Of a stretch of 64,000 bases of DNA, positions 18,712-27,833 are shown in pieces. Both the position numbers and the translations under genes were made by a program. Position 1 is the stretch's first letter. The number at the start of each line of letters is the position of its first letter. Below the pieces are notes generated by a model. That model was not told the origin of the DNA and made no database searches. It saw only the letters and a list, made by a program, of their open reading frames with translations. The DNA is from an uncultured delta proteobacterium (GTDB taxonomy: Bacteria > Myxococcota_A > Polyangia > Polyangiales > B10-G4), in the NCBI GenBank assembly GCA_963727445.1, contig CAVSGI010000008.1, positions 256,001 to 320,000 of the forward strand. The letters are read 5' to 3'.

Positions 18712-21700
18712 GTGGTGTCTGCCCCGTCAGCGTTTGCGGGAGGGCGCTACCGGGTCGACGAATCCCTCGGACGCGGTGGCATGGGCCAGGTCTTCGCAGC
18801 CTGGGACACCGCCGAGGAGCGGGCGGTCGCGGTCAAGGCGCTGCGCACCGACAGGGAAGAGGAACGGCGACAAAGGGCCGAGCTCCGCTTCCGGCGCGAA
18901 TTCCACTCCCTGGCGAGCCTCGCGCATCCGCGGATCATCGAGGTCTACGACTACGGCGTCGACCCGGACCGAGGGCCCTTCTACACGATGGAGCTCCTGG
19001 ACGGCCACGACCTGAAGGAGCGAATCGGCAAGGCGTCCATCCCCGAGACCTGCCGGCTCCTGCGCGACGTCGCGGCGGCCCTCGCCCTGCTCCACATCCG
19101 CGGGATGGTGCACCGCGACCTCGCGCCGAAGAACGTGCGCTGCACCGAGGACGGGCACGCCAAGCTCATCGACTTCGGCGTACTCGCGAACGTGGGCGCC
19201 TCCGGAGAGATCGCCGGTACGCTGCCCTACATCGCCCCCGAGAGCCTGCGCGGGATGCCCCTCGACGGTCGCACCGATCTCTACTCGCTCGGAGCCCTCG
19301 CCTATCACCTCCTCACCGGGACGGTGCCCTACTCCGTTCGGAGCCTCGACGATTTCGAGCACGCCTGGCAGCGCACGGTGGTCCCTCCTTCGCACGTCGT
19401 CGACGATGTACCGCCGGCGATGGACGAGCTGATCTTGTCCCTGCTGTGCCTCGATCCCATGGGGCGACCCGCCAGCGCGGCGGAGGTGATCGAGCGACTC
19501 ACCGGCATCGGTCAGCTCGACGTCGATCCCGACATCGAGGTCGAGCAGGGTTTCCTCGCCAGCGCCGCGATGGTGGGCCGCAAGCACGAGATGAAGGTGA
19601 TGCGGAGCTGCGTGAAGCTGGCGGTGCGCGGCAGCGGCAACGCAGCCTTCATCGAAGCGGAGTCGGGGACCGGAAAGAGCCGGCTCTTGCGAGAGGTGGC
19701 CCTCGAGGCGAAGGTCGCAGGCGCCGTCACGGCGGAGGTGAGCTGCGAGACGGCGGCCGGCGGCCCCTACGACGTGATCCGCAACCTCATGGCCTCGCTC
19801 TGGGAGAGCGCCGACGCCGACGTCAAAGCGGCCGCGGAGAAGGACGCGCCGGTGCTCGGACACGTGTTCCCCGAGGTGCTGTCGCGACTGCCGGGCATGA
19901 CCCTGGCGGAGCCGGCGACCGACCCCGCGGAGCAGCGCATGCGCATTCAGCGGGCGGTGGCCGACTCGATCCTGGCCATCGCGGAGCGCCGGAGCGTGGC
20001 GCTCTTCATCGACGATGTGCAGCGCTGCGACGAGGCCTCGGCCGCGGTGCTGGCCAGCCTCACCCGCGAGTGTCAGCGCGCGTCACTGTCGTTGGTCATC
20101 GCCTCCCGAACCAACGAGGAGGTCCGCGCGAAAGCGGCGGTCGCCGCCATGCGACGCTGCCGCACCAACCTCTTCCTCACCGGTCTCGATCGCAAGGAGA
20201 TCGAGGAGCTCGTGAAGTCGCTCTTCGGTGACGCCAAGAACGCGCGCAGGCTCGCCCGCTTCATGCGAGACGTCACCGGCGGAAGCCCGCTCTACTGCAC
20301 GGAGCTCTGCCGTCACCTGGTGGACGTCGGGACGATTCGCTACGAGGACGGCCTGTGGATCCTCCCGGCCAGCTTCGACCGGGAGGACGCACCTGTCGGC
20401 CTCGCGGCCGCGATGGACTCCCGCATCGCCCAGCTGGACGCATCCGGCCGCACCCTCGGTGAAGCGCTCGCCGTCGTCGGCGGCGTGATCGAGCTGGAGC
20501 GCGTGGTGCAGCTCGCCGAAGGAACCCATGACGAGACCTTCGCGGCGCTGGACGACCTGACGCGCCACGGCGTCCTCGTCGGCAGCAAAGACCGCTACCG
20601 CTTTCGTCACGACGGACTTCGCGAGGCGTTGCTCCGCGGTCTGTCCGACGAGCGGCGACGCCACCTCCACCTCCGGGTCGCCGAGGCACTCGAGAGCGAC
20701 GCCGACCGAGTGGAGCGCGCAGCCGCGGTGGGCTGGCACTTCTACGAGGCGGGCGAGCACGAGCGCGCGGTTCGCTACCTGGACGCGGCCGGGAGGCGGC
20801 TCTTCGAGGCGCAGGCGCTGAGCGACTGCATCGCGCCGCTCCACACGGCGGTCGAGATCCATCGGGCACAAGCCGCGCCCCGCACCCGATACATGGAGCT
20901 GTTGGCGATGCTCCTCGCCGCCGGCTGGGTGAGCGATCGCGAGGTGGGCGACGCCGTGGCTTCGGAGACGGTCCACGTCTATCACCGCTACGTCGGCATG
21001 AAGCTCGCCGAGCGCCTGGGACGCATCGTGGGGCGACACCTCGCCTTCGTGGTTGGTCTGAGCGTCTCGTTCCTCGGTTGGATCTTCGCGCTGCCGGGTC
21101 GCCGAGGCCCTCGCCCCGACCGCGCCCTGATCCAGTTCATGGTGTCGCTCGGCTACGCCTGCGGTCTGGCGAACGCGGCGAACCACGTGGAGCAGCTCCA
21201 GCGCTACGTGCGCCTGGCCGAAGTCCTCGACATTCTTCACGGACGATTTCCGTACGCGGCGTATCTGGGCATCAAGAGCTTCCCCGACATCCTGCTCGGC
21301 CATCTGGGGGCGGGGGCGAAGAAGCTCTCACGCTCGGTCGAGATCATCACCACCGACCGCCTCACCCCCGCGACCGACTTCGAGCGCCGCCTCGCGGAGG
21401 CCGGCATGCGGGGCCTCCGCGCGCTGATCGACGTGAACCAGCTCAACCCGCGGCTGCACGACGACCTCGCGCGCTGCGCCGAGCTCGGGCTGCGCTATTA
21501 CCAGCTGGTGGCCGAGACGACGATGGTGGTGCACCACCGCTACCGCGGCGAGGAGGCCTTGGCGCGCGCCCTCGAGGAGAAGCTGGAGGCGGCGAGCCTG
21601 CAGCTCGGGTCGTGGTCCACGGACGTGCAGATACTCCTCTTCGCACATCCGGCATATGCGGTCTGTCGCGACGTGGTGGGGCTGAAGCGGAGCTATCGCG

Positions 21701-22455
21701 AGCTCGAGCGGCGCGTCGAAGAAGGCATGAGCTTCGAAAACCGCCTGGCGCTGATCCAGTGCGAGCTGGAGCGGGAGCGCGGGGACTTCGACCGAGCCGT
21801 CGACACGGGCTCGAGGGTGGTGGCCGATTGCACCGAGGACAACGTCCTGTTCCGACAGTGGGGCCTGTCCGCGGTGGCCGAGGCGCAGCTCGCCGCCGGC
21901 CGGTGGGCAGAGGCCGCCGAGTCGGCGCGGCGCTGTCTGTCGATCGCCGAAGACCCCGAGCTCGAGGTGGTGATCCCGCGCCTTCGGTGCGAGCGGATCC
22001 TGGGGATGGCCGAGGTGGGCCTCGGCGAAGTGGAATCCGGCACCCGCCGCCTCGAGCGCTTGATCCGCGAGACCGAGGGCTTCGGCGCGCCTTCCCTGGC
22101 GGGCCTCGCCCACGAGGCGCGCGCACGCGTGGCACTCAACGCCGACGACCGGCCGACCTACCTGCACCACGCGAACGAAGCCAATCGCTGGTTTCGCTCC
22201 ACCGACAACCCGTGCCTCATCGCGATCGGCGAACGCCTGGTGGACGCTGGCGCACCCCGCCGCCAGGTGGAGCGGCAGGAGCTGCGCGCGCTGTCGACGC
22301 TCGCCGACGTACGCTCCCAGCGCACGGGGTCCGAGACGTCGGTTCAGCGCCCGAGCACCGCTACCAGCGACTCACGGGACGCCGAGACCCTCGCCGAAGA
22401 GTCGAACAGCTTCGACCGCACGCTGAGCGAGCGCCCCACGCGAAAGCGGGACTAG
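18712..22455 (+). CDS. Ser/Thr kinase fused to AAA/STAND-type ATPase and TPR-like C-terminal region
   Basis: LGRGGMGQV, HRDLAPKN and DFG; Walker A AESGTGKS; Walker B LFIDD; 'TGGSPLY' and 'YRFRHDGLRE' motifs. Start at 18712 or 18715. Confidence 0.9.
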   Translation: MVSAPSAFAGGRYRVDESLGRGGMGQVFAAWDTAEERAVAVKALRTDREEERRQRAELRFRREFHSLASLAHPRIIEVYDYGVDPDRGPFYTMELLDGHDLKERIGKASIPETCRLLRDVAAALALLHIRGMVHRDLAPKNVRCTEDGHAKLIDFGVLANVGASGEIAGTLPYIAPESLRGMPLDGRTDLYSLGALAYHLLTGTVPYSVRSLDDFEHAWQRTVVPPSHVVDDVPPAMDELILSLLCLDPMGRPASAAEVIERLTGIGQLDVDPDIEVEQGFLASAAMVGRKHEMKVMRSCVKLAVRGSGNAAFIEAESGTGKSRLLREVALEAKVAGAVTAEVSCETAAGGPYDVIRNLMASLWESADADVKAAAEKDAPVLGHVFPEVLSRLPGMTLAEPATDPAEQRMRIQRAVADSILAIAERRSVALFIDDVQRCDEASAAVLASLTRECQRASLSLVIASRTNEEVRAKAAVAAMRRCRTNLFLTGLDRKEIEELVKSLFGDAKNARRLARFMRDVTGGSPLYCTELCRHLVDVGTIRYEDGLWILPASFDREDAPVGLAAAMDSRIAQLDASGRTLGEALAVVGGVIELERVVQLAEGTHDETFAALDDLTRHGVLVGSKDRYRFRHDGLREALLRGLSDERRRHLHLRVAEALESDADRVERAAAVGWHFYEAGEHERAVRYLDAAGRRLFEAQALSDCIAPLHTAVEIHRAQAAPRTRYMELLAMLLAAGWVSDREVGDAVASETVHVYHRYVGMKLAERLGRIVGRHLAFVVGLSVSFLGWIFALPGRRGPRPDRALIQFMVSLGYACGLANAANHVEQLQRYVRLAEVLDILHGRFPYAAYLGIKSFPDILLGHLGAGAKKLSRSVEIITTDRLTPATDFERRLAEAGMRGLRALIDVNQLNPRLHDDLARCAELGLRYYQLVAETTMVVHHRYRGEEALARALEEKLEAASLQLGSWSTDVQILLFAHPAYAVCRDVVGLKRSYRELERRVEEGMSFENRLALIQCELERERGDFDRAVDTGSRVVADCTEDNVLFRQWGLSAVAEAQLAAGRWAEAAESARRCLSIAEDPELEVVIPRLRCERILGMAEVGLGEVESGTRRLERLIRETEGFGAPSLAGLAHEARARVALNADDRPTYLHHANEANRWFRSTDNPCLIAIGERLVDAGAPRRQVERQELRALSTLADVRSQRTGSETSVQRPSTATSDSRDAETLAEESNSFDRTLSERPTRKRD

Positions 22456-23897
22456 GAGAACTCCATCACGCCGTCGTCGATCTTGCCGTGGCGGATCATC
22501 CAGAGGTCCTTGGCGTAGTTCATGTGCACCCGCCAGGGCATCTTCGACCCCTGCTTCGGCAGGTCGCCGAGGGCACGCTGGACGTAGCCCGAGTCGAAGT
22601 CGAGGAAGGGAACCTCCTCCATATCCGGATCGTGCTGCCGCGGCACGCACACCCGATAGTGGTGACGCCGCATGTGGTTCAAAAGCCGGCAGACGTACTC
22701 GCTGGTGAGATCGGCCTTCAGGGTCCACGACGCGTTGGTGTAGCCGTAAGAGACGGCGAAGTTGGGGACGTCGCCGAACATCATCGCCTTGTAGGCCATC
22801 AGGTCCCTCGGCTCGACCTTCTCCCCATCCACATCGATGTCGATCCCGGCGGCGAAGAGGAGCTTGAGCCCCGTGGCGGTGATGATCAGGTCCGCTTCCA
22901 GCTCCTCGCCCGACCGAAGCATGATCCCCTTCTCGGTGAAGGTCTCGATGTGGTCGGTGACCACCGAAGCGCTGCCGTCCTTGATGGCGTCGAAGAGATC
23001 CCCGTCGGGCACCACGCACAGGCGCTGATCCCACGGGTCGTAGCTCGGCGTGAAATGGGTCTCGACGTCGTAGCCCTGCCCCAGGGCCTTCTTCACGCCC
23101 CCGATGAAGAACTTCTTCATGCGCTCGGGGGCTTTTCGCGAAGCGGTGTAGATCCCGAGCGAGCCGAAGACGTTCTTCCAGCGCGTGATGGCGTACGCGA
23201 CCTCGGGTGAGAAGCGGCGACGAAGGCGCTCGGCGATGCGGTCCTCGCTCGGGAGCGACATGATGTAGGTCGGCGAGCGCTGGAGCATCGTGACGTGCTC
23301 CGCCTTCTTGGCGAGCTCGGGCACCAGGGTGATGGCCGTCGCGCCGCTGCCGATCACGATCACCCGCTTGTCTTCCCAGACGATGTCGTCGGTCCAGAAC
23401 TGCGGATGCACGATCCGCCCCTCGAACCTGTCACGACCGGGGAACTCGGGCAGGTAGCCCTCGTCGTAGTCGTAGTAGCCGCTGCACAGGAAGAGGAAGT
23501 CGCAGCTCAGCTCGATGTCCTGGTCCTCGTCCTCGCGATGCACCTTCACCGTCCAGCGCGCGTCCTCGCTCGACCAGGACGCGCCGAGCACGCGGTGCCC
23601 GTAGCGGATCCGCGGCCCGAGGCCGTACTTGTCCACCACGTGCTCGAGGTAGCCGAGGATCGACGGGCCGTCGGCGATCGCCTTCTGCTCCACCCAGGGC
23701 TCGAAGCGAAAGCCGAGGGTGTGCATGTCCGAGTCGGAGCGGATGCCGGGATAGCGGAAGAGGTCCCAGGTCCCGCCCAGGCGCGGCCGGCCTTCGAGGA
23801 TCGCGAAGGTGCGATCCGGACAGCGCTCTTGCAAATGATAGGCGGCGCCGATCCCGGAGATGCCGGCGCCCACCACCAATACGTCGAAGTGCTCCAA
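22452..23897 (-). CDS. FAD-containing (Baeyer-Villiger-type) monooxygenase, EthA family
   Basis: GAGISG, GGTWDLFRYPGIRSDSD, FEGRIVHPQFW, GSGATA and LQRSPTY. Confidence 0.93.
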   Translation of the reverse strand: MEHFDVLVVGAGISGIGAAYHLQERCPDRTFAILEGRPRLGGTWDLFRYPGIRSDSDMHTLGFRFEPWVEQKAIADGPSILGYLEHVVDKYGLGPRIRYGHRVLGASWSSEDARWTVKVHREDEDQDIELSCDFLFLCSGYYDYDEGYLPEFPGRDRFEGRIVHPQFWTDDIVWEDKRVIVIGSGATAITLVPELAKKAEHVTMLQRSPTYIMSLPSEDRIAERLRRRFSPEVAYAITRWKNVFGSLGIYTASRKAPERMKKFFIGGVKKALGQGYDVETHFTPSYDPWDQRLCVVPDGDLFDAIKDGSASVVTDHIETFTEKGIMLRSGEELEADLIITATGLKLLFAAGIDIDVDGEKVEPRDLMAYKAMMFGDVPNFAVSYGYTNASWTLKADLTSEYVCRLLNHMRRHHYRVCVPRQHDPDMEEVPFLDFDSGYVQRALGDLPKQGSKMPWRVHMNYAKDLWMIRHGKIDDGVMEFS

Positions 23898-23923
23898 GTG
23901 TCCTCTCGGGGGAGTCTAAGGGT

Positions 23924-25291
23924 TTACGGCAGAGGCGGTAGCGGAGGAAGCCCGCGACCTCGAAGCCAGACCGCCACCAGCTCCGAGGTGTCGAAGCCGG
24001 TCTCGCTCTCGATGGCCGCGATCAGCTCGCCCATCGAGGCGGCCTCCTTGCCCCCGTGCGCCATGTAGAAGCCGGAGAGCGCGCGGTCGAGGGCCTCGCG
24101 TCCCACCTCGAGCTCCACCTCCCGCAGGAAGAAGGCCCCCTTGGTGTAGGGGATCGAGGACCAGACGGGGTGGTGCAGGATGTCGATGGTGTCGCAGCCC
24201 GTGGGCCACGCTTCGGTGTCTCCACGAGAGATCGCGTTGCGAAGGTCCGTCGCGTAGCCGGCCCACACCTCCGACTCCGCCGTCGGTCCATCCGCGGCCG
24301 CGACGCCGCGCGACGCGAGATAGGTGCTGACGCCCTCCGACAGGACGAAGTCCTCCCAGCATCGCATGCGCACCCCGTCGCCGTACCAGCCGTGGGCGGC
24401 CTCGTGCGCCTGGACGACGGTGCTCGCCATCACGGGCCTCGAGACGTGGAAGAAGGGGTGATGCTCCATGCCCCCGAGGCCACCCGTCGGGCCCCAGGTC
24501 GCAGACACCGACGCCATCTCGCCGCCGAAGAGATAGGGCCCGTAGGTCCGCTCGTAGAAGTCGACGATTCCAACCAGGGAGTCGACGCCTTCGTGCGCGG
24601 AGTCGCCCTCCCCGCGAAAGTAGTAGACGCCGATGTCGGTGCCGGCGCTCGTCGTGCCGAGGTGGTCGAACTGATAGTCGCCGACGGCGATCGCGATCAT
24701 GTAAGAGGGCGCTGGCGACGGGATCTCGGTGGGGTAGACGGCGGTCATGCCCTCGGGCACGCCCTCCACCGTCAAGGTGAAGGTGGTTCCGTCGCGCGGC
24801 GAGCTCACGCAGGGGAAGAGGTTTTCACAGAAGTAAGGCCACAGGAACGTGACGCCGTCGTCGGGGACCCACCCTTGTAGCGTCCCGGAAGGTTTCGCCG
24901 GAAACGTGTAATCGAAGCGATAGGTGGTCTCGGCGCCGATGTTACCGGGCAAGCGCATCACCCCGTTCTGACGCGCCACGGGCACCGTGCTCCCCGAGGC
25001 GCCCGTGACCCGAAGGTTGCCGAGCCCGCCCGCTTCGAGCTCGACCACCTCGGCGGCGCCGTAGGTGATCTCCGCGTGGCCTCGAAGATGCGCGAGGTCG
25101 AGGGTGAGGGCCGTGGAGATCACGCCCTGCCCCGCCGAGGGCACCTCGGCGTGGGCGGCGTCCACGCGCGAAGCGTCCGCGACGCCAGTGTCACCATCTG
25201 GCGCCGAGTCGGGCCCCCGTGGCGCCGCGCCCGAGCAGCCGGCGAGGACGAGCATCCCCAGTGCGAGCGCTCGAAACTGCGGGCACGACAT
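23924..25291 (-). CDS. M1-family zinc aminopeptidase lipoprotein
   Basis: Lipobox LVLAGC; GGMEH; HEAAHGWYG...W...LSEG; PYTKGA. Confidence 0.9.
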   Translation of the reverse strand: MSCPQFRALALGMLVLAGCSGAAPRGPDSAPDGDTGVADASRVDAAHAEVPSAGQGVISTALTLDLAHLRGHAEITYGAAEVVELEAGGLGNLRVTGASGSTVPVARQNGVMRLPGNIGAETTYRFDYTFPAKPSGTLQGWVPDDGVTFLWPYFCENLFPCVSSPRDGTTFTLTVEGVPEGMTAVYPTEIPSPAPSYMIAIAVGDYQFDHLGTTSAGTDIGVYYFRGEGDSAHEGVDSLVGIVDFYERTYGPYLFGGEMASVSATWGPTGGLGGMEHHPFFHVSRPVMASTVVQAHEAAHGWYGDGVRMRCWEDFVLSEGVSTYLASRGVAAADGPTAESEVWAGYATDLRNAISRGDTEAWPTGCDTIDILHHPVWSSIPYTKGAFFLREVELEVGREALDRALSGFYMAHGGKEAASMGELIAAIESETGFDTSELVAVWLRGRGLPPLPPLP

Positions 25292-25378
25292 CGCGGCGAT
25301 GATAGCGCGCTTTGTCGGCGAGAGGCCGCTCACGCTCCGGGTGCGGATGCACCTCCGGTCTTGAGGTAGACTATTCGA

Positions 25379-26746
25379 ATGGCGCGGGTTCTGTACATGG
25401 CGCTGACGCTGACTCTGCTGGCGGCCCATCCAGCCGCGGCGCTCAGCACCCGCCTGAGCTTGTCGTCGGGACGGCAGCCGAGCCCGCGCGTGGCGCCTCC
25501 GGTGCAGAACGTCCTGGTGGTGGTCGTCGACACGCTCCGCGCGGACAGGCTGCGGGCCTACGATCCGCGCGCCGCGCTCCCCACCCCGGTCTTCAGCCGT
25601 CTCGCCCGCGAGAGCCAGGTATTCGACAACGCCTACGCGTCCGCCTCGTGGACCAAGCCGAGCACGGCCACGCTCCTCACCGGTGTGCTGCCCGCACGTC
25701 ATGGCGCGACCAGCCACAGCCGCTCCGTCGATCCCGAGGCGCCCTACCTCGCCGAGTGGATGTCGAACGCCGGCTACGAGACGGGCGCCTTCATCGCCAA
25801 CGGCTACATCAGTGAGGGCTTCGGCTTTTCGCGAGGCTTCGACGAGTTCCGCAACGCCGCCCAGACCGGTCGCGCCGCGGGTGACGAGCTGGTGGAGGAT
25901 CTCCTCGCCTGGCTGGACGCACACGAGGGCGGCGCGCCCTTCTTCGCGTATCTCCACACCACCGACGTACACGCGCCCTACCTGCCGCGGCCCAGCACGG
26001 TCGCCCTCGTCGACCCCGCGCCCTACGACGGCCCCATCGACTTCCACGAGACGCCGAACGTCCTTCGCAGCGTCGAACGCGGCGAGCTCGCGCTGGTGGC
26101 GCGCGATCGCGCACGCATCCGCGCGCTGTATGACGCTGGCGTCGCCGACCACGACGAGCTGGTGCTCGGCCCGCTCCTCGCCGGGCTGCGCGAGCGCGGC
26201 CTGATGCGCAATACGCTGGTGATCATCACCGCGGATCACGGCGAGGAGCTCTTCGACCACGGCTCGGTGGGACACGGCGGCTCGCGCGTCTACCAGGAGC
26301 TGATCCACGTGCCACTCGTGATGTGCTGGCCGGGCCTGCCCGCGGCGCGGGTACGGGGCACGGTGGGTCTGGTCTCGATCGCCGCCACCATCGCGGACGC
26401 GACGGGTGTGCCGGTCACCGAGGCGCTGGACGGCAGCTCCCTGGTCCCGATCCTCGAAGGGCAGCGGGCCAGCACCGGGCCGGTGCTCGGCGAGACCGGC
26501 GGTCTCTTCTACGCCGTCAGCGGGCAATTCAAGCTCGTGCGCTCGGTGGACGCCGGGGATTTCTGGCTCGACCTCGCGGGCGATCCGTGGGAGCGACAGA
26601 GCGCCTGGAGCATCGGCGGAAAGGAGATCGCCCGACTGGGATCGGCGCTGACGCTGCTGACGCCGCCTCCGGACGAGGAAGCCCCGGCCGCCGAGATCGA
26701 CCGCGATACGTTGCGCCGCTTGCGCGCCCTGGGGTACGTCGAATAG
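25379..26746 (+). CDS. Sulfatase-like (alkaline phosphatase superfamily) hydrolase/transferase
   Basis: VVVVDTLRAD, SWTKPSTATLLTG, DVHAPY, TADHGE and HVPL; C-terminal LRALGY. Confidence 0.88.
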   Translation: MARVLYMALTLTLLAAHPAAALSTRLSLSSGRQPSPRVAPPVQNVLVVVVDTLRADRLRAYDPRAALPTPVFSRLARESQVFDNAYASASWTKPSTATLLTGVLPARHGATSHSRSVDPEAPYLAEWMSNAGYETGAFIANGYISEGFGFSRGFDEFRNAAQTGRAAGDELVEDLLAWLDAHEGGAPFFAYLHTTDVHAPYLPRPSTVALVDPAPYDGPIDFHETPNVLRSVERGELALVARDRARIRALYDAGVADHDELVLGPLLAGLRERGLMRNTLVIITADHGEELFDHGSVGHGGSRVYQELIHVPLVMCWPGLPAARVRGTVGLVSIAATIADATGVPVTEALDGSSLVPILEGQRASTGPVLGETGGLFYAVSGQFKLVRSVDAGDFWLDLAGDPWERQSAWSIGGKEIARLGSALTLLTPPPDEEAPAAEIDRDTLRRLRALGYVE

Positions 26747-26787
26747 TCGTTGAAGCTCCGGCGCTCCGGCCCGTCCCACTTTCGATC

Positions 26788-27804
26788 GTGTCTCGATTCT
26801 TCCCGATCCTGTGCCTCGCTCTGCTGTGGCCGACCGCCGTCTCGGCCCAGGTACAGAGCGTCGACGAGACCCGCCTGCCGGCGCGCCTCGAAGCGCGCGG
26901 GTTCTCCGGCGACGAGCATTTCAAGGCGCTCGTCGGTGAGATCACCGTGCCCGAAGACGGCGCGCCCACGGCGCGGTGGTTCGACTGGCATGGCACCTCG
27001 ACGGACCGGGACGATTGGTGGCCCGCGTCCTCCATCAAGCTCTATGCGGCCATCGCCGCGCTCGAGACGACGCACGAGATGGGCTTCAGCCCGCGCGCCA
27101 CGCTCACCTATCACTACGAGAGTGAGGAGGAGGCGACCTATCGCGGCCGTCTCGCGGAGATCGTCCGTCACGCGATCGTATCCAGCAACAACCTCGCCTT
27201 CGATCGGCTGGTCGAGCTGGTCGGCATGGACACCATCAACCGCGAGTTCTTCACGCGCGACAACGGGCTCGGGAGCACGGTCTTCCTGCGCGCCTACGGC
27301 GGGCGCAACCGGCACCCCGACACCGGACACGCCATCAACCGGCACTCCCCCCCCATCACCATCGAGCAGGGCAGCCGCACCCGCGAGCTGCCGGCGCGCG
27401 ACGGAACCGGCGAGTACGCGTGCCCGGATCAGGGCAACTGCACCACGCTCCGACAGCTCGCGAACGCCATGTATCGGGTGATGCTCCACGAGCACCTCCC
27501 GGCGCGGCAGCGCTACGATCTCGGCGAGCGGGAGCTCGCGCTCCTGCGCCGCGTGCTCGAGATGCCGCGCCGCGAGCACGGACAGCTGCTGGTCGAGGCG
27601 GTGCAGACCGGCTTCGGCGAGGCGCCGGTGCGCGTCTATCACAAGCCCGGCTACGCCTATCGGTGGACGAGCGACGTGATGTTCGTGCACCGCACCGACA
27701 CCGATCAGCGCTTCATCATCGTCGCCGCCGGATGGCCCGGACGCCGCGTTCTCGACGAATCTCTCACGAAAATTTCGGAAATTCTGGCCGCAGGGGACCT
27801 CTGA
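26788..27804 (+). CDS. Secreted serine hydrolase, class A beta-lactamase/PBP-like
   Basis: Signal peptide; SxxK (PASSIK), SxN (SNN) and KPG triad motifs. Confidence 0.75.
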   Translation: MSRFFPILCLALLWPTAVSAQVQSVDETRLPARLEARGFSGDEHFKALVGEITVPEDGAPTARWFDWHGTSTDRDDWWPASSIKLYAAIAALETTHEMGFSPRATLTYHYESEEEATYRGRLAEIVRHAIVSSNNLAFDRLVELVGMDTINREFFTRDNGLGSTVFLRAYGGRNRHPDTGHAINRHSPPITIEQGSRTRELPARDGTGEYACPDQGNCTTLRQLANAMYRVMLHEHLPARQRYDLGERELALLRRVLEMPRREHGQLLVEAVQTGFGEAPVRVYHKPGYAYRWTSDVMFVHRTDTDQRFIIVAAGWPGRRVLDESLTKISEILAAGDL

Positions 27805-27833
27805 GCGCTGACGCGTGCTACCTATAGCGCGCC

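Noticed and set aside
25292..26779. N-terminal half of the 951-aa ORF 23924..26779
   Set aside because: Antisense to the sulfatase-like gene; the peptidase has its own signal peptide starting at 25291.
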